A stretch of DNA of 32,000 nt from Pseudidiomarina andamanensis. GTDB taxonomy: Bacteria > Pseudomonadota > Gammaproteobacteria > Enterobacterales > Alteromonadaceae. The stretch lies in assembly GCF_009734345.1 (NCBI RefSeq), contig NZ_CP032551.1, forward strand, positions 1-32,000. Reading direction: 5' to 3'. Positions 26,997-32,000 of the stretch are shown here, piece by piece. A program made the translations under genes and the position numbers. The notes below the pieces were generated by a model, which worked only from the letters and a program-made list of their open reading frames with translations, did not search any database and was not told the origin of the DNA. How positions within the stretch are numbered: position 1 is the first letter of the stretch; every line of letters begins with the position of its first letter.

Positions 26997-28406
26997 TCAA
27001 ATCACGGAACCAGTAATCAACCCCGAACGCTCTATCGCCGCGGCCAACACTTCTTTCGCCCCAGCTTCCCCATGCACCAACCGCACATCACGCACCGAGC
27101 CCGCCGTGGTCTGCAAAAACTCCAATAACCCCTTCTGGTCAGCATGCGCACTATAACCGCCAAGTGTATGCACTTGGGCACGAATGTCGTAGCGCTCATG
27201 ATCCAACATGACATAACCTCCGCGCGGCCCATACTCTTGAATCTGCCGCCCCGGCGTACCTTCGGCTTGATAACCAACAAACACAACGTCAGTTCGCGAA
27301 TCACCCAACAAAGCCTTCAAATAATTCACGATACGCCCTCCGCTACACATGCCGCTAGCAGCCAAAATGATGGCCGGCTCGCCGCTTTCGCGCAACAGAT
27401 CAACAATTTGCATATGTTGTTCGTGGCTTTCCACCACATGCAGACGTTCAAAATTAAGCGGATGGCGATCATCCGCCAAACGTTCCTTCGCTTCCTCGTC
27501 CCACAATGCTTTTAAGCGCCGATACTGTTTGGTGTACTGACTTGCTAGCGGTGAATCTAAAATCACCGTCATCGTGCGCCAGTCAGGGTCTTGATGCATG
27601 ATGTCTTCTATTTCGTACAGCAATTCTTGCGTGCGGCCAATACTAAATGCGGGAATCAACACCGTGCCACCATCAACATAAGCTTTCTCAATAACTTCTT
27701 TTAAGCGCTGCTGGCGGGTTTCGCGGTCTTCATGGAAGCGATCGCCGTAAGTGCTTTCTAGTACCAGTAAATCAGCATATTCCAATGGGGTTGGGTCAGG
27801 CAGTAACGGGGTGTTTTTACAGCCTAAATCGCCGGAAAACACCACGCGTACTGGGTCTTCATGTACGCCCACTTCAGTCATCTGTTCAAACTCAACGTAA
27901 GCTGACCCCATGATATGTCCGGCGTTGCGCAAACGTAGCCGCCAACCATGTTCCAGCGCATGCCAGCGGTCGAGAGGGAGGGGTCGGAGTAAGGACTGCA
28001 CCCCACTTAATACTTTAGAGGCATGCGGGAAGCGGGTGATTTTCATGGCGTCTGCTAGCACAATTGGGAGGAGCACGGCGGTTGCGGGCGTGCAGTAAAT
28101 TGGCTTGCGAAAACCGGCCGCCATTAAACTTGGCAAGCGGCCGACATGATCAATGTGGCAGTGGGTAATGACTAATCCAACGAGGTGATCAATCTCAAAA
28201 TCAATCTCCTGAATGCGACCGAATTTGTCGCTAGAAATCGTAAAATCAACAACGTCACCGCCCTGAAATTGACCACAATCAATTAACATGGCGTTGCCAT
28301 CAGCCATTAGGAACTCGTGGCAAGAGCCCGTCACGCCTTGGTGCGCGCCGTGATGATGCACTCGGTCGATCATGTTATGAATAACGTCCATGTTGTTTAC
28401 TATCAA
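26997..28406 (-). CDS. MBL-fold beta-CASP family hydrolase (RNase J/CPSF-like, RNA-specificity domain)
   Basis: 469 aa. HxHxDH motif (THCHIDHVGRLP), beta-CASP-type motifs downstream (LESTYGDR; SGMCSGGRI; GGYSAHADQ). Confidence 0.85.
   Translation of the reverse strand: MIVNNMDVIHNMIDRVHHHGAHQGVTGSCHEFLMADGNAMLIDCGQFQGGDVVDFTISSDKFGRIQEIDFEIDHLVGLVITHCHIDHVGRLPSLMAAGFRKPIYCTPATAVLLPIVLADAMKITRFPHASKVLSGVQSLLRPLPLDRWHALEHGWRLRLRNAGHIMGSAYVEFEQMTEVGVHEDPVRVVFSGDLGCKNTPLLPDPTPLEYADLLVLESTYGDRFHEDRETRQQRLKEVIEKAYVDGGTVLIPAFSIGRTQELLYEIEDIMHQDPDWRTMTVILDSPLASQYTKQYRRLKALWDEEAKERLADDRHPLNFERLHVVESHEQHMQIVDLLRESGEPAIILAASGMCSGGRIVNYLKALLGDSRTDVVFVGYQAEGTPGRQIQEYGPRGGYVMLDHERYDIRAQVHTLGGYSAHADQKGLLEFLQTTAGSVRDVRLVHGEAGAKEVLAAAIERSGLITGSVI
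27981..28006. repeat. REP-like half element embedded in the beta-CASP CDS (copy G)
   Basis: GGGTCGGAGTAAGGACTGCACCCCAC is identical over 26 nt to the right half of copy C (21718-21743). On the coding strand it translates as GVQSLLRP. Confidence 0.85.
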
Positions 28407-28561
28407 TTGTTTAACGTAATATTATTAAAAAAATAACATAATGCTATTATCTTTGCTTGCTTTTGTTTTCAAAATTATACGTTACTCTTTACATTGTATT
28501 TACGTTTTGAGCTCATAAACGTTAAAACAATTAGAAGCTGTCAAAGGGAGTCGACATTAAA

Positions 28562-28846
28562 GTGAGTGAACCTCAAACTGTACAAACCGAACAAATAAAC
28601 GAAGTGAAAAGTGCTCATAAAACGCGCCGAAAAATATCGCTATACAATGGCACAGAAAAGCTCTCTGATTTGGGCGTGCCATTGGCGGAATCAAATGGTG
28701 CGGCGATTAAGCGAGCTATGGCGGAATTACAGCGCTCGCCAATTTTAACGCACGCCGTTTTTCGTGATCGAAAGGGAAAGCAATGGGTGATTCCACGAGC
28801 TATCTCTTTTATAAAACGTCTGAAAATTCAATTTTTCGCCAACTGA
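28562..28846 (+). CDS. Hypothetical small basic protein (94 aa)
   Basis: GTG start preceded by AGGGAG about 11 nt upstream. I recognise no family. Divergent from the beta-CASP gene across an AT-rich 155-bp region. Confidence 0.4.
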   Translation: MSEPQTVQTEQINEVKSAHKTRRKISLYNGTEKLSDLGVPLAESNGAAIKRAMAELQRSPILTHAVFRDRKGKQWVIPRAISFIKRLKIQFFAN

Positions 28847-28943
28847 CACACACCAAGTAAAATTTACATTTCTACGCTAGTCATTCTGTTTTTCTTGTGG
28901 TTATATTGAAGACATAACAATAATAAGAAAACAGAGGCGGGGA

Positions 28944-31640
28944 ATGCGCATAATACAAGTCGATCAGCAGGCCAAGGCGGTCGTGAACCTAGTGATAGGT
29001 ATCGCTTTGTTTATGGCTGCTTTCGTGATCTTGGTGTACCGATTTCTCGAGCCGACCCAGCTTCAAATTTACCACTCTTTAAGCTCATCTATTCTGATTG
29101 CGGCCGGTGCAATTGGTATTTCTTTACTGACTTTCGACTTAAACAGCCGCAGTGAGTCGAGGGCTGGCTTATCGCGACTGTTCGCGGTGCTGGCGGTTAT
29201 TGCGTCGGTCGACGGTTTCATGGGCAGCCTGTTTGATACGTTCGATTCACAAGTTCATCGCGGGCTTTATGCTACTTCAGGATTGGTTGGGGTATGGATG
29301 GCGTTGCGGTTACGTAACCTCTTCGCGATTCGTGTACAACGTATTATTAGTGGGTTGGTGGCATTAGCGCTCGCCATATTACTATTGATGCATTTTGTGA
29401 CGGAAACGCCGCTGTTGGCGCGTCACCCGACGGGCAGCTTGGTTTCTGGCGCATTGGTGTTGCTTGCTCTTATTGGCCTTTGGAATCAAAGCACCGCCAA
29501 CGAAGGCGAGTTACCAACGGTCAGCATTTTGACAACGTCAATTGCCGTGATTGGATTACTCATTTCCTCTGCGATTGGTGTGACCCTGTTTCATAATGAA
29601 ATGAATGAGTTGCGCGATAGAGGGCGCGAAGCGGCAGTAGGCCTCAATGCAAGTCGCCGTGCGGCAGGAAATGAATATGTCAGCACGTTACTGCGTTTGG
29701 CGGAGCGCTGGGAAAATTACCCGGAAACTATTCATGATAAATTGATGTCGATTGATATGACGGCATTTTTGCGCGATGTCGATTTTCTAGAAAGTCTGAT
29801 TTTACGTCGTGGCAACGAGTTAGTTTGGGAGCGTTCGCGACATCAAGATACCACGTATAAAGCAATGTACTTGGCCGATGGTTACTTGCAACAGCAATTT
29901 GACCCGACAAAAAAAGACAAAGTACAAATGTTGGTGGCTTCGCGTGCAAATACTGAGTCAGGTGCTCGGTTATTTATTCACGTACCGATAGATTTTAAAG
30001 ACGATAATTATGAAAGTGGCTATTGGGGGATCTTGGCCGTCGTGAATGTGCCCAAGATGCTATCAAATCAAGCACTCGCTTATCGCTCGCCTATTTACAC
30101 TTACACCGCAATTTCTAACGGCATGTTGCTTGACGAATATGGCCATTGGGTGTCTGACACCACACTGATGTATTTGCAGAAAAAAGCGCTGTTCTTGTAT
30201 GAAAGTGCGCTCGATACCGAATTTACTAGCGGTACACCGATTTATTCGTACATGTATGATTTGTCGGAAATGCAGGCGCGTGCCAATTTGCAGACGTTGG
30301 TGAGCTTCGCCGGAATTGCGATTGTGTTGTTCTTGGCGTTAACCATTGAACGTAACCGCGAGTTGGTGGTGCAGGGGCGTCAGCTGCGTTTTCAGGCGGA
30401 ACACGATGCACTGACTGGGTTATATAATCGCACCACGATTGAGCGCATGATCGCCGATAGATTCCATAAGCAGCGCGATTTAACCGCATTGTTTATTGAC
30501 CTCGACGGCTTTACGCTGATTAACGATAGCTTAGGCTTGCAGGTAGGTGACCGCTTACTACAAGTGCTAGCGCAGCGCTTAAGCAACATTGTTGGTAATC
30601 GCGGTATGTTAGCGCGCTTTGGTGGCGATGAGTTCTTAATTGTGTTGCAGAACATGCATGAGAACGAAGAGGCGGTGACCGAGTTAACCAATAAGATTCT
30701 GAGTGCCGTCGCGCAGCCTTATCGCATTATGCATCATAAGATTTATCTTACGGCGAGTATTGGCGTCGCGCATCAAACGGAAGACCAGTATGCGCCGCTT
30801 GAGCTGATTCAGCGTGCCGATATGGCAATGCATCAAGCCAAGCGCCAAGGCCACAACCACGTTCAGATATACCAAGACAGCATGAGCTTGCAATTTAAGT
30901 CATCGGCGGCGATGCGTTCGAGCTTGCAAGAAGCAATAGAAAAGAATCAGTTAACGCTGCATTACCAGCCGATTGTGCGTTGTAACGATGGTGCGACCAT
31001 TGGTTATGAGGCGTTGCTGCGCTGGGAGCGCGAACCTGGTAAGTTCATTTCGCCTACTGAGTTTATTCCGCTAGCCGAAATGACAGGGCAGATTATTCCG
31101 CTTAGCGAGTGGGTGTTCCGTCGCGCTTGTGAAACCGCGGTGAAATTGCAGGAGCACGGGCCATGCAAGATGGCGGTGAATTTGTCGACATTGCACTTTA
31201 ACCGTACCGAATTTACTCCGTTCCTAGAGCAAACCTTGGAAGAGACGGGCTGTAAGCCAGAGTGGTTGGAGCTTGAACTGACCGAAAGCATCTTGATGGA
31301 AAACACCGATTATGCGGTGGAAGTACTGCAAAACCTGCGTAATAAGAACATTACGATTTCGTTGGATGACTTTGGTACTGGCTTCTCGTCTTTGAGCTAT
31401 TTGAAACGGTTGCCAGTAGATAAAGTGAAAATTGATCGCAGCTTCGTGGCTGGTATTCGTACCCATCGTTCTGATCGCGTATTGATTGGCTCGGTGATTA
31501 AAATTGCACAAAGCCTCGATTTCGCCGTGGTTGCGGAGGGCGTTGAAACGCCACAACAAGCGGAATTTGTCACCGAGCTGGGTTGTAACTATATGCAAGG
31601 TTTTTACTTCGGCCGACCAGTACCATTCGAAGAGTTGTAA
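28944..31640 (+). CDS. Membrane sensor GGDEF-EAL protein (diguanylate cyclase/c-di-GMP phosphodiesterase)
   Basis: 898 aa. Multi-TM N-terminus, a ~230-aa putative extracytoplasmic domain, a further TM, an intact GGDEF (RFGGDEFLIV) and EAL-domain motifs (YEALLRW, DDFGTGFSSLSYL, KIDRSF, EGVET). Confidence 0.9.
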   Translation: MRIIQVDQQAKAVVNLVIGIALFMAAFVILVYRFLEPTQLQIYHSLSSSILIAAGAIGISLLTFDLNSRSESRAGLSRLFAVLAVIASVDGFMGSLFDTFDSQVHRGLYATSGLVGVWMALRLRNLFAIRVQRIISGLVALALAILLLMHFVTETPLLARHPTGSLVSGALVLLALIGLWNQSTANEGELPTVSILTTSIAVIGLLISSAIGVTLFHNEMNELRDRGREAAVGLNASRRAAGNEYVSTLLRLAERWENYPETIHDKLMSIDMTAFLRDVDFLESLILRRGNELVWERSRHQDTTYKAMYLADGYLQQQFDPTKKDKVQMLVASRANTESGARLFIHVPIDFKDDNYESGYWGILAVVNVPKMLSNQALAYRSPIYTYTAISNGMLLDEYGHWVSDTTLMYLQKKALFLYESALDTEFTSGTPIYSYMYDLSEMQARANLQTLVSFAGIAIVLFLALTIERNRELVVQGRQLRFQAEHDALTGLYNRTTIERMIADRFHKQRDLTALFIDLDGFTLINDSLGLQVGDRLLQVLAQRLSNIVGNRGMLARFGGDEFLIVLQNMHENEEAVTELTNKILSAVAQPYRIMHHKIYLTASIGVAHQTEDQYAPLELIQRADMAMHQAKRQGHNHVQIYQDSMSLQFKSSAAMRSSLQEAIEKNQLTLHYQPIVRCNDGATIGYEALLRWEREPGKFISPTEFIPLAEMTGQIIPLSEWVFRRACETAVKLQEHGPCKMAVNLSTLHFNRTEFTPFLEQTLEETGCKPEWLELELTESILMENTDYAVEVLQNLRNKNITISLDDFGTGFSSLSYLKRLPVDKVKIDRSFVAGIRTHRSDRVLIGSVIKIAQSLDFAVVAEGVETPQQAEFVTELGCNYMQGFYFGRPVPFEEL

Positions 31641-31672
31641 AACATTCGTTAATCCCGATCTTTTGGTCTATT

Positions 31673-31698
31673 AATTACATACACTTATGTATGTAATT
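31673..31698. promoter_or_regulatory. AT-rich inverted repeat AATTACATAC-N6-GTATGTAATT upstream of pgsB
   Basis: A perfect 10-bp inverted repeat, 21 bp upstream of the pgsB ATG and 33 bp after the GGDEF-EAL stop. Could be an operator or a weak terminator. Confidence 0.3.
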
Positions 31699-31718
31699 TA
31701 CAATCTAAAGGCCAAAAC

Positions 31719-32000
31719 ATGTCATTTCCTGTGTTATTAAGCATTGTGGTGCTGCTGTGGCTGGTATTGGTTGCAGCAGGTGCTTTTGAAGCGCTCAGGC
31801 ACAAAATTCTACTGCGAAATATTCCCGTTCGGGTGCACGTGAATGGTACGCGCGGCAAAACCAGTGTCACGCGACTCATTGCTGCAGGTCTTCGTGGCGG
31901 CGGTAAGCGTGTTTGCGCGAAAACCACCGGCTCGGCGGCGGCCATGACCGACCCCGATGGTCGTGAATTCCCTATCTACCGCATTAGCGGTGCCAACATT
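31719..32000 (+). CDS. pgsB: Poly-gamma-glutamate synthase PgsB/CapB (Mur-ligase-like amide ligase), 3' end cut by the window edge
   Basis: Hand translation from ATG 31719 gives MSFPVLLSIVVLLWLVLVAAGAFEALRHKILLRNIPVRVHVNGTRGKTSVTRLIAAGLRGGGKRVCAKTTGSAAAMTDPDGREFPIYRISGANI. This is the PgsB N-terminal TM plus the RxH..NI..xPVRVxxNGxRGKxxVTRL P-loop region. It is open to the window end, so it is missing from the ORF track. The antisense track ORF 31685-31945 is a shadow. Confidence 0.8.
   Translation, partial: MSFPVLLSIVVLLWLVLVAAGAFEALRHKILLRNIPVRVHVNGTRGKTSVTRLIAAGLRGGGKRVCAKTTGSAAAMTDPDGREFPIYRISGANI

Noticed and set aside
18147-28006. Possibility that the repeated palindromes form a CRISPR array
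   Set aside because: Copies are 1-2 kb apart and separated by whole genes, their lengths vary (26-63 nt), and there are no regular spacers or cas genes.

Overview
The window looks like a gammaproteobacterial chromosomal segment with a mosaic layout; the taxon is inferred only from gene content and style.

(1) Bases 1-14035 hold an AT-rich surface-polysaccharide (O-antigen/capsule type) locus. It contains wecC, wecB, two GT4 glycosyltransferases, fnlABC (capEFG-like UDP-L-FucNAc pathway), a WbuB-like transferase, a 4-reductase-like SDR, a small initiating phosphoglycosyl transferase, an orphan membrane protein and an OafA-like O-acyltransferase. Three of these genes (wecB, one GT4, the acyltransferase) are frame-disrupted. 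The acyltransferase also carries a G10 tract.

(2) Bases 13995-19897 hold the sulfate-activation genes. cysD, cysN and an SLC13/TrkA-C permease lie on the minus strand. cysC is divergent and translationally coupled to a DHH/DHHA1 phosphoesterase.

(3) Bases 19896-23834 hold a hipBA-type toxin-antitoxin pair and a divergent pair of paralogous Sel1-repeat proteins.

(4) Next come a wbpM/pglF-like membrane dehydratase and galE. These are the missing partners of the polysaccharide locus, about 13 kb away from it.

(5) The rest comprises a beta-CASP MBL nuclease, a small unknown ORF, a membrane GGDEF-EAL protein and the 5' end of a pgsB/capB poly-gamma-glutamate synthase. The pgsB gene is absent from the supplied ORF track because it runs off the window.

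A family of nested GC-rich palindromic (REP-like) elements marks almost every module border between 18.1 and 28.0 kb. One half-copy lies in frame inside the beta-CASP gene.

I see no CRISPR array, tRNA/rRNA, transposase or integrase.

I cannot point to a clearly novel multi-gene system with confidence. The best unexplained candidates are:
- the composition-atypical 415-aa membrane/helical-repeat orphan at 10672-11919;
- the REP-delimited hipBA + Sel1-pair island;
- the REP family itself;
- the twin 16-bp palindromes in the cysD/cysC control region.
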